Shown here piece by piece: positions 37,496-50,844 of a DNA stretch of 64,000 nucleotides (the stretch's first letter is position 1; each line of letters begins with the position of its first letter). The notes beneath the pieces were generated by a model. That model was not told the DNA's origin. It saw nothing but the letters and a program-made list of their open reading frames with translations, and ran no database searches. The DNA is from Callorhinchus milii (taxonomy: Eukaryota). The stretch covers positions 20,772,001 through 20,836,000 of the forward strand of contig NW_024704742.1 of assembly GCF_018977255.1 (NCBI RefSeq), given 5' to 3'. Position numbers and translations under genes: made by a program.

Positions 37496-37904
37496 TCGAT
37501 AATTTTATGAGCTAGTTTTCTCCACATAAGCCATTTAATGGAATCCCATTTTCCTGTTTATTCCCCATACACTTTAATAATCTTTTTTAAGCATCTATTA
37601 AATTCTCTTTACAAAGAATGCATTGATTCTGCATTCAAAGATTTTCACATTGTAATCAATCTTAGAATAGTTAGACTGTTTTATAAAATAAACCTTGCAT
37701 TTGATGCAGCTTCTTATTTTGTCATTTAAGACATCTCTAAGTCCTTCACGTAGTTTTACTGTGAAGTGTAGTGACTGTACATTTGCAGGTGAACCCGGCA
37801 TTCAATTTTCTGATGATCAGTTGAATTTAGATTGTTGGCTAAGGAACCAGGAGAAACCTCCTTCTCATTTTGAACAGGAAGTCCGGGGAGCAGGGAATTA
37901 GTAT

Positions 37905-38522
37905 AGTCAAGCCTTTTTAAGTCCAGGCTTGACTATGCTAACTCTCTGCTCAGCAGACTTCCCAACTCTTCCCTCCACAAGCTGCAGATTTTGCAGAACT
38001 CTGCAACTTATGTCTTTCCTCACACTAAGCTTTATGAACCAATCATCCTCATCCTTGCCCAGCTTCATTGGCTCCCCATCCCCCAGAGGATCAAATTCAA
38101 GATCCTTATCCTCACCTTTGATCTCCTCCACTGTTTTGCTCCTCCCAACCTCTGCAACCGATTAAAACTTCAGCAACATGTCAACTCTCTCTGCTGTGCA
38201 AGTACTGACCTCCTCCACGTTCCTGCCCTACCTACTCCACTATCAGCTGTCGGGCCTCCAGCCATTCTGCCCTCACCCTTTGCAACTCCAACCCAGAGCC
38301 CTCCACCTTGCCCTCTCCCTTGCCTCCTTCAGGGTCCATCTCAAGGCCTTCCTATTCAACCGTGCCTTCAGTCATCTTTCCCAGACCACCTACTTTGCCT
38401 CCACCCCTCTCAGATCCCAAACCGCAGCATCAGGTACAAACCCCTCATTGTCCAATGCCTTGGTATATCCTCCTGACATGAAAGGCACTGTATAATTACA
38501 ATTTGCTGTTGTTGCTGTTGTT
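37905..38522 (+). mobile_element. L2 3' fragment
   Basis: LAQLHWLPIPQRIKFKILILTF; (TTG)n-like tail. Confidence 0.88.
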
Positions 38523-38524
38523 GA

Positions 38525-38655
38525 ATAGTGACATGAGATTGTTAACGTCCATCAGAACTGGCAGATGGAGCTTTGGTTTAACATCTCATCCAAAGGATGA
38601 CACTTAACACAATGCAGCACAGCCCCAGTACAGCACTGGAATGTCAGCCTCGACT
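38525..38655 (-). mobile_element. Deu-SINE fragment
   Basis: ggtttaacatctcatccaaagg...cagcactggaatgtcagcct. Confidence 0.7.
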
Positions 38656-39479
38656 CCGTTTTTAAAAACACATAAAGTTTGGACCAGACCCTACTGATTT
38701 CTATTACCATTTTCTATTTAATTAATTCCCCATTTTAATTCCCTATTTAATTTTTCAAATTACCGTTTTAAGCATAATACATTATTTGCCCTGAGATAGC
38801 ATCTGATCTCACTTTTATTTCTCTCTGGTACTGACATTCAAATAATTAAAATTATTATTATATTAGAGCTGGTGTCATCTAAGGAAATGACAGAAAAGGG
38901 TTTCTGTAGAAAATAATGTGATTTCTGCATTCTGCATAGATTCTGATTATGGGAATACATGTCGATAAAATACAAAGACACACAATAAAAGTTTGATTAA
39001 AATTGTTTAATATATCAGACTACATGAATACAGCAGAGTCTTGCTATTGTACTCTGTTATTTTTAAACCTTATTAAAACACTTAAAAATAATCTATATTA
39101 AGCACTCTCATGATACCTATTGCTGTAACCATACAACATGCGTCTAAGGGCTCCTAAAGCTTTCAAAACAATAGGAAAAATAAAGAGTCATTGAGTGTTC
39201 CTTCTAACCTCATGTAAAATCTATCCTATGGTTGACTTCACCCAACTAACTCTATCTCCCGGAGGAAGGTTTTACGCAGATAATTCCTGAACCTCAAAGC
39301 TTCCAGGTTAATCATCCATCCCTGCATCTCTGCCCTTTCACCCTGACCTTTCCTCGCCCAGACAAGATGTACCCCCAACCCAGCCGAAGAGAAATCCTTG
39401 TGAGGCATAGTGTACTTGCCCATCTTAGTCTGCACCTATTCCTTACATCCTCCAAAACTCTCCTCAAGCAGATAAAAAA

Positions 39480-39770
39480 TGATTTACTTCATGCTGTCTG
39501 TGGGACATTGCCATGTGCAAATTGGCTGGCACTTTTGCCCACAAATATACAGTCATCACATTTCACAACAAATCTTGGGAAGCACTTTGAGACATCTTCC
39601 TGATGTGAAAGGGGTTATATCAGTTGGAAGGATTATTGTTATTATTGGTTTTGCCCACGAGTTACACACAGTCACAAAACCTTACAATGTATGCTGTGAA
39701 GCATTTTGAGTTGTTTCAGTGTCATGATAAGACTCTATATCAAATGTAAGAATTATACAATTATTATTTC
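39480..39770 (+). mobile_element. Two tandem SINE 3' halves
   Basis: tgtgggacattgccatgtgcaaattggctgg; two aagg/aagaattat tails. Confidence 0.7.
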
Positions 39771-40199
39771 ATCAATATAGATTTAACTTCTTTTGTCGTC
39801 ACTGTTCTGTATAACCACTACTCTGTGGGGAAATAATTCTAATCTCTATGCCTGTTTTAGTCTTTTTTAATCTTAAACCAACGATCGTCTGATTCTATTT
39901 TCATGATCTAAATCAGGTTATCTTATATCTGCATTATCTTTGCTTCTCATCTTTTGAAGACGTTGATCATGTTCCCCACAATTTTCTTCCTTTCAATAAG
40001 AACAATTTCATTTCTGTGAGTCTCCGCCTCGTAATTTAGAGCTCTGAATCCTTCTCTAATCCCTCTCTAGTGCTTCAATAAGGTGAAAACTGTGACATTT
40101 GTGATGTGCTATCACCAATTATAACTTCACAGGAGACATAGATAGTCGGCATGGCATCTGAAGGTAACAGATCATGCCCAGATTACAATCATTCACTAA

Positions 40200-40463
40200 T
40201 TTCTGCTCGTCCCTTGCACCCTCTGCCCCACCATCAGTGGTCACCCTTTCAGCCACTGCAAACACTGGAACACTCTCCCTCAATCTCTCTGCCTTACCTC
40301 CTCTCTCCCCTCTTTCAAGTGCCGCATGAAGACTTTCCTATTCGACTGTGCTTATGGACACCTCCCCCCAGCTCAGAGTCAGGCTCCGCCACTGTTAAGC
40401 GCTCTGAGACGCTACTCTGCATGAAGGGGGCTATATAAGTGCAAGTTGTTGTTGCTGCTGTTG
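40200..40463 (+). mobile_element. L2 (family A) 3' fragment
   Basis: ctgttaagcgctctgagacgct...tatataagtgcaagttgttgttg. Confidence 0.8.
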
Positions 40464-40575
40464 TAGTTACTAGTCAGGACCACTGCTGTGCTGACAGAAT
40501 GTCTGTCAGACATCAAGTCCTGGATGAGAGCCAACTTTCTCCAGTTGAACATCAACAATAAATTGAAGCTCTCCC

Positions 40576-42162
40576 AACAATGCTCTGTGGCAGTGAATAA
40601 AGCAAACCAGATGTTGGGATGTTCAAAAGATCAATAACAAGCAAAAATAGTGGGATAATCCTGCCACTGTATAAATCATTGGTGAGACCATACTTAGAGT
40701 ACTGTGCACAATTCTGGTCGCCGCAGTACAAAAAGGATATTGGAGAAATCGAGAAGGTTCAGAGGAGGGCAACCAAAATGATTGAGAGAATGGAAGGACT
40801 GGACTATGAGGAGCAACTAAGTAAATTGGGCATTTTCACGCTAGAAAAGAGAGGATTGAGAGGTGACATGATTCCTGTCTTTAAGATTCTAAAGGGCAAG
40901 ACAATATAGATCATGACAGGCTGTTTCAACTTATCCAGAATAGTAAAACCAGAGGACATGACCTGCAATTGAAGGGGGGAAAATTGAGAACAAATCTGCG
41001 CAAACACTATTTCAGTGAGCAAATAGTGAACCTGTGGAACAGGCTCCCTGGGGAGATAGTTGAGTCAGAAATTGTTGCTTCTTTCAAGCACAGATTAGAT
41101 AGTTTTCTTTTAGGAGATAACATTATGTTATGATGTTACAGCGGGCTCCGGCCTGCTTCACGTCCCCAGCCTTGCTCTCCCTACTATTGGTGGGCGGGCC
41201 TTCCACCACTCTGCGCCCACCTTCTGGGATTCCATCCCATAGTCCTTCCATCTCACCCCCTCCCTCACCACCTTCAATACCCTCCTCAAGACCCTCCTCT
41301 TCAACCGTGCTTTCGATCTCCCTGCTTCCCCCTCCCCCTCCCCCACCCCAACCCCCAGCTCAGGTCCGTAACTCTGTCTGTCCAACGCCTTAGGACATCC
41401 TCCCGACGTGAAAGGCGCTATACAAATATAATTTTGTTGTTGTATTCATTACATCAAAGCTCGACTATGCAAACTCACTGCTTGGCGACCTCCCCAACTC
41501 CTCCCTCCACAGGCTGCAGATCATCCAGAGCTCTGCAGCCCGTGTCCTCTCCTGCACCAGGCTCCGCGACCCTATCACCCCCATCCTTGCCCAACTCCAC
41601 TGGCTTCTCATCACACAGAGTATACAGTTCAAGATCCTGGTCCTCACCTTGAAAGCCCTCCAAGGTCTTGCTTCCCCCCTACCTCTCTGACCTCCTAACT
41701 TCCTACCACCCTGTTCACTCCCTCCGCTCAACGTGCTCCGACCTGCTTCATGTCCCCCGCCTTGCTCGCCCTACTATTGGTGGGCGGGCCTTCCGCCACT
41801 CTGCACCCACCTTTTGGATCTCCATCCAGCAGTCCCTCCGATTTGTCCCCTCCCTCACCACCTTCAAGACCCACATCAAGACACTCCTCTTCGACCATGC
41901 CTTCGATCTCCCTGCTTCCCCCCCTGCCCTCCACCCTCCCCCACCCCGACCCCCAGCTCAGGTCAGTAACTCTGTCTGTCCAACACCTTCAGACGTCCTC
42001 CCAACGTGAAAGGCACTATACAAATGTAATTTTGTTGTTGTTGTTGTTGTTGGGATACAGTACATAGGTAGTTTGTAACATATATGCATGCGACTGCCAG
42101 GAAGGTGTTAGGCAGACTAGGTGGACCTTGGTCTTTCTTCGTCTAGCATTTCTTATGTTATG
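40576..42162 (+). mobile_element. CR1 3' portion (40576-~41130 + 42052-42162)
   Basis: LYKSLVRPYLEYCAQFWSP, EKVQRRATKMI, RGDMIPVFKILKG; tail ggtggaccttggtctttcttcgtc. Confidence 0.9.
41140..42051 (+). mobile_element. Two tandem L2 (family B) 3' fragments (41140-41442, 41445-42051) inside the CR1
   Basis: Each ends in gtaactctgtctgtccaac...gtgaaaggc.ctatacaaat..aattttgttgttg. Confidence 0.9.
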
Positions 42163-42417
42163 TAACAAGACTGAGACCCTCCTAATTGGCCCCTGTCAGC
42201 GCTTCCACACCTCAGGCATTCGCAACATCACCATCAAAGGATGCCCACTCCACCTCACTGAGCCAGTCTGGAACCTTAGTGTCTTGTTTGACCCTCAACT
42301 GTCCTTTCTACCTCACATCCGTGCTGTGACCCGCTCTGCCTTCCCCCATCCACAACATTGCCCAGCTCTGCCACTGCCTCACCACTCAGGCCACCAAAAC
42401 TCTCATCCATGCATTCG

Positions 42418-42690
42418 ACAACAACAACAACAACAAGATTCCATTTATAAAGCGCCTTTCACGTCAGGAGGACGTCCCAAGGCGCTGCACAGTTGGGTCA
42501 TGACCCGAGCATTGGGGGGAAATGGTCAGGGTGAGGGGAGGGATGGGAGGGAGCGAGAAGGGGGAAGAGAGTCGAGAGGGGAGCTGAAGGCTCGGTCAAA
42601 GAGAAAGGTTTTGAGACCGGCCTTGAAGGAGGAGAGGGAGGAAGCAAGGCGAAGGCACTGGAGGATAGAGTTCCAGAGCCTCGGGGCTAA
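42418..42690 (-). mobile_element. L2 3' fragment inserted antisense into an L2 (short TSD cattc)
   Basis: (CAA)n tail, acgtcaggaggacgt stem-loop; cattc on both sides. Confidence 0.85.
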
Positions 42691-43784
42691 CACATTCAAC
42701 ACATCTATGCTCGACTATGCCAACTTCCTGCTTGTTGAGCTTCCCAACTCTTCCCTCCACAAGCTGCGGATCATCCAGAGCTCTGCAGCTCATGTCCTCT
42801 CTCACACCAGGCTCGGTGACACTATCACCCCAACTTCGCCTGGTTCCATTGGCTCCATATCCCCCAGAGGATAGAGTTCCAAATCCTCATCCTCCCCTTC
42901 AAAACTCTCCATGGCCTTGCTTGTTCCTACGTCTGTGACCTCTAACATAATATCAATACCACCATTGGCAGCCTCTCTGCCTCCCCACCCTTTGGAACTC
43001 TATCCCGCAGTCCCGTAGCCTTGCTCCCTCTCTTGCTTCCTTCAAGGCACATCTCAAGATGACCATCTCATCCCTTTGACCGCGCCTTAGGCTACTCTCC
43101 TACCCCAACTTTCCTGCCCTCCACCCTCCTGATCCCAACCTCCAACTCGGGTACAAATCTCCATTGTCCAGCGCCTTGGGACATCCTTTCGACTTGAGTA
43201 TTAAATACATGTAAATTGTTGATGTCAGAGGATCTTCAAAGGCTGGGTTGTGATTAGCTGTGTCCATTCCTATTTCCAAGAAGTCTTTAGGGAAGATACA
43301 TGTCTCTCCCAAAATATTTGAACCTCACTGAACTGTGCAATTCTTTTCATAAAAAAAATAATATTGATTCTTTCAACTTTTGACTCCTGGAATTTCGTGC
43401 CGTTGATGGTGCTAATTAACATTGGTAATTAATTTCATTACCTTATGATAATGAACACATCTACTGGTTCCTCCAGTAGCCTTTCTCAATGGGCATTGTA
43501 GGAGTCATCCATAAGGTGAACTTCGGGCTGGCATTGGATGGTTGGTTAGTGGACTGAACAAGAAATCAGAGTAAACTATGTATCCCCATAACCTGCAGTG
43601 GACAAATCAAACTATCAATGTACAATGCAGTCGGCTTGTATTCTAATTATCATTAAATGCATTCTCCAGTGTTTGATGCCCACATCTAACTGGGCCCTGA
43701 TATTATTATCTTGAACTTATTCCTGTGTGTTTACTTCATGTCCCCTCTGCCAGTCCTATGCTAATGTATCCCCCAGACGTCATT

Positions 43785-43880
43785 TCAGTTCTGATGAAGG
43801 GACATGTCTGAAACACTAGCCTGTCGCTCTTTTTCAGATTTCAATTAACCTTTGGATTTTCAGCATTTCTGTCTTCATGT
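43785..43880 (+). mobile_element. Penelope-like fragment with degenerate hammerhead core
   Basis: ctgatga-agggacatgtct-gaaac...ttcagat...ttcagcatttctgt, similar to 61551-61663. Confidence 0.55.
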
Positions 43881-45561
43881 TAGAATTAGATTAGCTTTGT
43901 TGGCAGTGCAGTATCATATTGGAAATCTTCAGTGAATGAACAATTATCACACCCAAATCCTTTTCCATCTCCACCTCTGCTAATTCACAGCCCACTAATT
44001 TGAGGGCTGAGTGTGGGTGGCACAGATCAGCATGGATTTTGCTGACCCTCCACCATTGTGACTGGGAAGTTCATTTAGTTTGATCTAATGCTCATTGATT
44101 TCAGGCTGTGGATGACTCAAAGGAATGTTTACTCTTTTTTTCCATGTTGCTGATGTCAATACAGCCTCAAGCTCAATATTAGGTTCAATGGGGTGTCCCT
44201 CTTACATTTTACTGCTTCATCTGAAAAGGTTGAATCTTGTGGCTCCCTTGGGTCTGGATTAAACATACACAAACACACATGGTTGCATGTTGACCTTGAT
44301 AGATGCCGAAATTTAAGAACAAAAGCATTTTTTCTGCTTTAGTTCACAATGTACAGTCCACTTGATATGGACTCTATATGGGCTATGCCCTATGAAGTAA
44401 TATTGGGTATATTTGTGATATTTCTTGATATAATAATCCTTGCATTCGATACCACCTCATCACACTGTCAATATGTCCCAAAGCGCTTCACAGGATTTCA
44501 CTGTAATATGTCGTGACTGTGTATTTGTAGACGAATGGGACAATGTTAGCAGGTTTTCTCAATTAAAGAGTCTGTAAGTCCATCATGCTGATTCACAGCA
44601 GTGTTTCAGCACAATCTATTTTCAAAGCGGGTTCCCGTGAGCTAGTGCAATGTATATTACATACTTTATGTTACCAAAAGGAATCCCACGCGAATTTCTT
44701 AATTAGGAAATCTCATTAAAGAATATCTGAAAAATTGACCATATTACATTTTAAGTTTCAAGAGACTATAAAAATGGAACAGGCACATTTCTAACGGAAC
44801 ATTTGGTAATTGATGTCCATTATTTCCATTAGCCGCTGCAAATGATGGAAATTGTGTCATTTTACACATCAATATGTTGCACATCATGAGGCTGTGAATA
44901 CAGTAATTTAGCTTAAATTGTGGGGAAGCTTTTTAAGAGACCTTTTACTAAGACAAATTTGATTTACTGTAGGGTCAGTAGCAGGTGCGATTGAGTTTCT
45001 TATTTTGGTCAGTCAGGAGTCTGATATCTTTAAAAATCTCCAGTTCCAGCTCTTGATAACTCACAGAAGCAATTTCTGTTTGCCATTTGTGGAGTGCTCA
45101 ATCTCTCTCTGGAGAAAAGGGATAGGGCCACATTCTTTTGCTTATACCTGGAGAACATAGGCACAGAATGGCAAAATACAGTCATTACACTTTACAGTAT
45201 ATCCTGTGAATCTCTTTGAGATGTCCTCCCAACATGAATGGCGCTATATCCCAAATTTAACCATCCTCCTTACTAGTATGAGACATAGGTAAGCTTCCCA
45301 ATGTTTATCCCATTAGCACCATCAAAAAATTAATGTTGACGAAATCATTAATGATTTTTGAAAGAGTGATAGAAACTTGGGTGGTAGCAGGAATAATGGA
45401 TAAGGCGTAAAGACAGAAATACCTCTGTATGAGACACAGACTTCGATTGAAAGATCTTTGAGATCCACTAAATTGGTGAAACAGACTTAATCAGCTGAGA
45501 ATCCACCTCCTGTTCCTGAATTTCTGTTTCCTATGTTCCTTGTATCAGAGCTGAGTGAGTA

Positions 45562-45810
45562 TAATAATAATAAAAATAAATTCTTGCATTTGATATAGCG
45601 CCTTATAATGTCTTCAAGATGCCTCAAAGCACTTCACAGAATATACTGTAAAGTGAACTGACTGTATATTTTGTGGGAGAAACATGGCAGCCAATTGCAG
45701 ACAGCAGTTTCCTACAAACAGTCGTGGATTGAATGACCAATTTATTATTATTTTGCTTTTTAAGGAATTATTACCCGGAAAAGCAATCCGTCAATCGACT
45801 AACAACCGCA
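45562..45810 (-). mobile_element. CORE-like-Deu SINE 3' two-thirds
   Basis: Tail, ggcagccaattgc block, aaggaattattaccc. Confidence 0.85.
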
Positions 45811-46219
45811 AATCCTGACTCAAACTCAAGAAATGTCTAACCTTCTGAATCCCAGAATACAGAATAAAGTGACACGTTATATTTGGTAATAATCTCAATG
45901 AAGTGTGAATTTATCAGATCACTGGATTTATTAGATTAAATTAAAAGATATCAAAATCTTAGTAGAAGTTCCTTGTGGACAGGAGACTTTCTCATGTGCT
46001 TTAAACCTTGACCTGATCCTCCTTATTTTATAGGGATCTGTGGCTCAGGCTTGACACGATAGTCCCTGGGTGGAGATGGAAGCCAATTTATTGCTTTGTA
46101 GGTAGACTTTGAATGACAGCATATAGCACAGCATGAGATCCTCAGAAGGTGCTACGTGAACAATGTGAAACCCATTGCCACAAAAAGGTATAGATGCAGA
46201 ATTGGAATATTTAAAAGGT

Positions 46220-46263
46220 GACAGACAGACGGACGGACGGATGGATGGATGGATGGACGGACG
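46220..46263. repeat. Compound (GACA/GGAC/GGAT)n microsatellite within a CR1 3' remnant
   Basis: gacagacagacggacggacggatggatggatggatggacggacgg. Confidence 0.85.
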
Positions 46264-46764
46264 GGGGAAGAGGGGAAGAGGGATTGAAAGATATGCCATG
46301 ATCTCATAAAATGGTTGAACTGTCTTGATGGAATGAATGGCCTCCTTTTGCTCTACCCCAACATTAACCTTAAATTTTCTATCGGACATGACTGACTGTG
46401 CATATTCCTAGCACCTTCTCTTAATACTGTGGATCTTTACATTCACAATTTTCCTTTCGATCTCGTCTGCTTTTCTCTAATCTTTTTGATCCAGTGCTCA
46501 ATTACCCCCTTTTCTTCTTTCTTTTCTACTACCTAGCTGCACTGTTAATGCACAGAATGGGATCAAACATATAAGGCTCAAAATCTCTTGGCCTTTTAAA
46601 AGTAATTTGTCTAAAAAAATGAAGATGGTGAAACATTGTGGAGAAATTGTTAAATTCAGTCTTAATTTGGAAACCAGGTTTCAGCAGTTCTTAAAGACAA
46701 CCTTTTCCACAATTCTACACAATCTTGAATTTTAAGACAAAATGTTTTTTAAAATGATTGAAGT

Positions 46765-47435
46765 ACAGATCATTAGTTGGACTGCAGTGGAGAACTTCAT
46801 TCCATTTTGGGGGACCTGACTTCAGGAAAGATGTTAAGCACTTGGAGAGGGTGCAGAGGAGGGTTTGAGACAAGTACCAGGGATAAGATATTATACTTAT
46901 GAGGAGAGATTGGAGAGGGTTTTATTTTTATTGGAGCAGAGAAGGTTGAGAGGGACCTGATAGTGGTGCACAAAATTATGAGGGGTTTGATAGAATAAAT
47001 AGTAATAGTAATTATAATAATCCTTGCATTTGATATAGCGCCTTATCACACCATTGAGAGGTCTCAAACCGCTTAATTGGAGAAATAACAGAAGCTATTT
47101 CAACTGGTAGAGGAGTCAGTGATGAGAGGACATAGATATAATAGTCACAAGAAGAGTGAAATCACAGTTTAGGAGAATTGTTTTCACAGAAAGAGAGAAA
47201 GTTTGGCGGTGCTAGAGGGAGTAAGGTGCTAGAAGAAGAGTCCATCGTGGGTTTCAGGAGAGAAGTAGAGTTTTAGAGGATAAAATAGAAGGATAAAGGT
47301 TTGAAGGTGTATGGAGATAAGACGGAGCTATAGGATCGAATGAACACCTTGCTCTGAGTGCAAAATCGATGAGCCAAATGATGAGCCAAAAGATGAGCCG
47401 ATGAACCTTGCTAAATCTAAATTTCTATGATTCTA
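46765..47435 (+). mobile_element. Old CR1 3' fragment (SINE tail inserted at ~47005-47075)
   Basis: Degenerate FRKDV.ALERVQRR and FSLEQRRLRG motifs; ttctatgattcta tail. Confidence 0.8.
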
Positions 47436-48623
47436 AGACGGCAGATTTCTTAAGTGCTGCCAGGAATGTAATTATATGGCAGAGAGGGCTGGCTGCCCGA
47501 ATGGTCCACTGGGCTTTATATCCCTGTGCTCCTATTGTGTGGCAATGTCAGGTTTAATACTTTGACACATAAAGAGTACTTTGTCTGTGTGAAGAATTAC
47601 TGTAAGAAGACACCCAACACAGCACAATATCACTGCCTGTTTCCAAGGCAATAACTTTAAACATCAAATCACCAGAGTTCAGTGTATAACATGCAAACAG
47701 ACTCCCGCTACTGTAGAGAAGGTCACAGCACAAGAGATGAGAGCACTCATTTATGGTAATGCATTCCAAAAAATAATTGAATCATTCTACCCCATCTCTG
47801 GATATGATGGTGCCTTGTGCTGGCAACACTTTATCTGTGTTTTTTTTAAATAAATAGAAATCTTTTAAAACAATTCATGATCTTCCTGCTGTGAGACACT
47901 GATCTACAGATTATGTTTGATGGTTTGAAACATCCAAGCTTTTAGATGGCGTTTTTATAGCTTCTGTTTTTGTTATTCCTGATGATTCATTTAAGTGCTT
48001 TATTACTTTTTTTTACAACAATCTAAATCTTCAATGATAATTTATGAACGTTATGAGTGAGATTTTAATATCCGTCTGAATACCTTCGCCATGACAAACC
48101 TGAATTAGTTACACAGATTAGATACTCTGAGGCTGGGATCAGTTATATTGTACAAGTATAGAAGATGCAATAGTCATGTTCACATAAAAGTGCATAGTAA
48201 TTTTTTAATCAACTTGTGGTGGTTAGATTGCTACTGAGGGGGATGTCACAGCAATATTGAACTCATTTATAAATGTAAAATAGAAAAATTGTGATTTATT
48301 TTGGGTTATATAGTAGATACTGTTTTGACCTATTTTTGGGTTGATGTTAAAAGGGAAGGAGAGTCACCTAATCCATGAATCTTTAACATGGCAAGAAACT
48401 GAGTTTGTGCGTTTTCGCTGTGATCAGAATGTTTTAACCCTGCTCAGACCAGCAGAATTGTCAACTTAAAAGGAATTTGGTTTGAGGAAATGTGCTTGGA
48501 AAATATTAGTTTGAAGAGATCAGAATGAGCTGTTCTGGTCCAGTTCGCAATAACACATGGAAGCAAGGATCAAATGCAAGGATTATTATTATTATTATTA
48601 AGCAGTGTGAGATTACTGTAAAG

Positions 48624-48835
48624 ATAATAATAATAATAATAATCCTTGAATTTGATATAGCGCTTTTCACGTCGGGAGGACGTCCCAAAGCGCTTCACAG
48701 AACACACTGTAAAGTGAATTGACTGTATATTTATGGGCGAACGCGGCAGCCAATTGCGCACAGCAATGTCCCACAAACAGTCGTAGATTGAAAATGACCA
48801 ATTTATTATTGTTTTTGGTTTTGGAGGGATTATTA
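48624..48835 (-). mobile_element. SINE 3' half (short subfamily) inserted in the left arm
   Basis: Near-identical to the reverse complement of 35170-35387. Confidence 0.9.
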
Positions 48836-49046
48836 TACTAATGCACAGTTTGCTAAATTTAAATCAAGAGTTTCAAATTTTAGTTGTTAGGAAAATAACA
48901 TTGTAAGTGAAATCTTGTGCCACATTAAGGATAGGAGGGAAAGTGTTTTTTTGTAGGGAACCCTATGTTACTTTAAACATCAACTGTGAGAACTTGGCTC
49001 CAAGGCAACCTCAGACTGCAGCATAAGATCACAAGATGTTTGGATG

Positions 49047-49320
49047 AACAACAACAACAATGATAATAACCTTTGCATTTAATATAGTGTCTTTCACATT
49101 GAGAGGCCATCTCAAATCGCTTCACAGGATTCACTGTAAAGTGTAGTGAGTGTGATTTTGTGGGTGAATGTGGCAGCCAATTTGCAAATAGCAATGTTCC
49201 ACAACTACCCATGAAGTGAATGCTCAATTGTATATGGAGCATTGTTGGCCAGAACTCTTTTCAAATCATGCCATGGGATCATTAAAATTCACTTGAGCAG
49301 GTAGAGAGTCCATTTTATCT
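49047..49320 (-). mobile_element. Deu-SINE in the spacer
   Basis: ggcagccaatttgcaaatagcaatgttccacaac; gccatgggatc. Confidence 0.75.
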
Positions 49321-50547
49321 CTTTCTTTCACTATCCTCCTATCAGTGTCGGCAAGTGAGCCCATATTGTTATATAGGACTGTCTGAGGTTGCCTTAGATC
49401 CAAGTTCTCACAGTCGATGTTTAAGGTAATACAGGGTTCCCTACAGAAAAACACTTTCCCTCCCATCTTAAGGTACTTTATGTGACACCAGGTTCGGCTT
49501 ACAATGTTATTTTCCTAACAAATAAAATTTGAAACTCTTGATTTAAACTTAGATTAATTGTGATACTAGTGCACCGTTTGCAATAGTATATTTACAGTAA
49601 TCTCACACTGCTTCCATATGTTATTTTGGACTGAACCAGAACAGCTCATTCTGATATAGGACTGCTTAAAACGTTGAATCTAAATTCCAAATACAATGTG
49701 CCTGTAATATACCAAATAATTATATAAGAAAATTAATATGTTCCTTTATTATAAATATTTAACTTCCCTGCATTCTGTCTGGTTTAACATAATAATATTA
49801 TTAATAATAATAATAATCCTTACATTTGGTATTGCATCTTCCACGTCAGGAGGACGTGCCAAAGCTCTTCACAGGATACACTGCAAAGTGGAGCAACTGT
49901 GCGTAAGTGGGCAGTCAGATGGTCTAAACAGTCTCTTTTTTGTGTGCTTACCAGAACTTTACCTGCAAAGCAAAAGTAAGTTTTAAATAATTGATCTCAG
50001 CACAGAGGAATTGCCCTTTTAAAAGGAATGCAATTTAATGTAAAAAAAACCAGTGCTGTTAAATGTACTAATGGAACGTTCCATCAAATGTGATTGAAAT
50101 GTTGTATTTATCATTTTGCATGCCTGAGATTTCCTACTCAATGTTATTTTTACTGACAAGTATTCCCACGTACACTTTTATTTTAAGATCTATCTTGTCA
50201 GAGGAAGCAAAGCAATTGCATTTAAATATTGCTCCATTGATAATGTAAATTATTGTAATAGAAATGTTCACAAGGTGAGACTCATTTAAAATAAAATATA
50301 AAATAATCAATTATTATTAAATAATATTACAGCTTGGACTTGCCATGCCTTTTTACATAAACAATTTCAAAATGCCTTACAGACTTAATAGAAAGCACTG
50401 AGCAGGAAATAGGGAAGTTGAAAAAACAGGTGGTTTCGGAGATAAATTTAGGTGATTTTTGAAGGTAAACACAGTTTCAGATAACAACAGCAAAATTATC
50501 ACTTTGTTCTTCCCACTGAATTCTTGTTAAACCTCCAAGCCAAAGCT

Positions 50548-50840
50548 CTAATAATAATCCTTGCATTTGATAAAGCGCCTTATCACATATTCGAGACACC
50601 TCAAAGTGCTTCACCGAATATACCGTGAAGTGAATTGATTGTATATTTTGTGGGAGAAACATGGCAGCCAATTGCGGACAGCAGTGGCTCACAAACAGTC
50701 GTGGATTGAGTGACCGTTTTTTTTATGAAGGAATTATTACCCATGGAAAAGCGATCTGCCAATTGACTAATGACTGGATTCCTACTTACTGCTAGGTAAA
50801 CAGAGGCATGTGGAGTAAGGAAACTTGCCCAACATTGCCC
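50548..50840 (-). mobile_element. CORE-like-Deu SINE (head missing)
   Basis: Tail through to ggcatgtggagtaaggaaacttgcccaa. Confidence 0.88.
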
Positions 50841-50844
50841 AACG

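Larger units (their letters stand above)
40474..43200 (+). mobile_element. L2 host (40474-40575 + 42163-43200) split by a CR1 and further L2s
   Basis: NFLQLNIN at ~40535-40555 continues as NKTE.LLIG at 42164. Confidence 0.8.
48519..49664. repeat. ~270-bp inverted duplication (48519-49016 vs 49381-49655); right copy flanked by direct repeat atataggactg
   Basis: Arms align in reverse complement along their length; atataggactg at 49371-49381 and 49654-49664. Confidence 0.9.

Noticed and set aside
42128..42874. 248-aa ORF as a host gene
   Set aside because: Chance read-through of CR1 tail, L2 sense and antisense L2; the poly-Q comes from the (CAA)n tail
47368..47407. Short tandem gatgagccaaa repeats
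   Set aside because: Slippage expansion within a CR1 3' tail; no further structure
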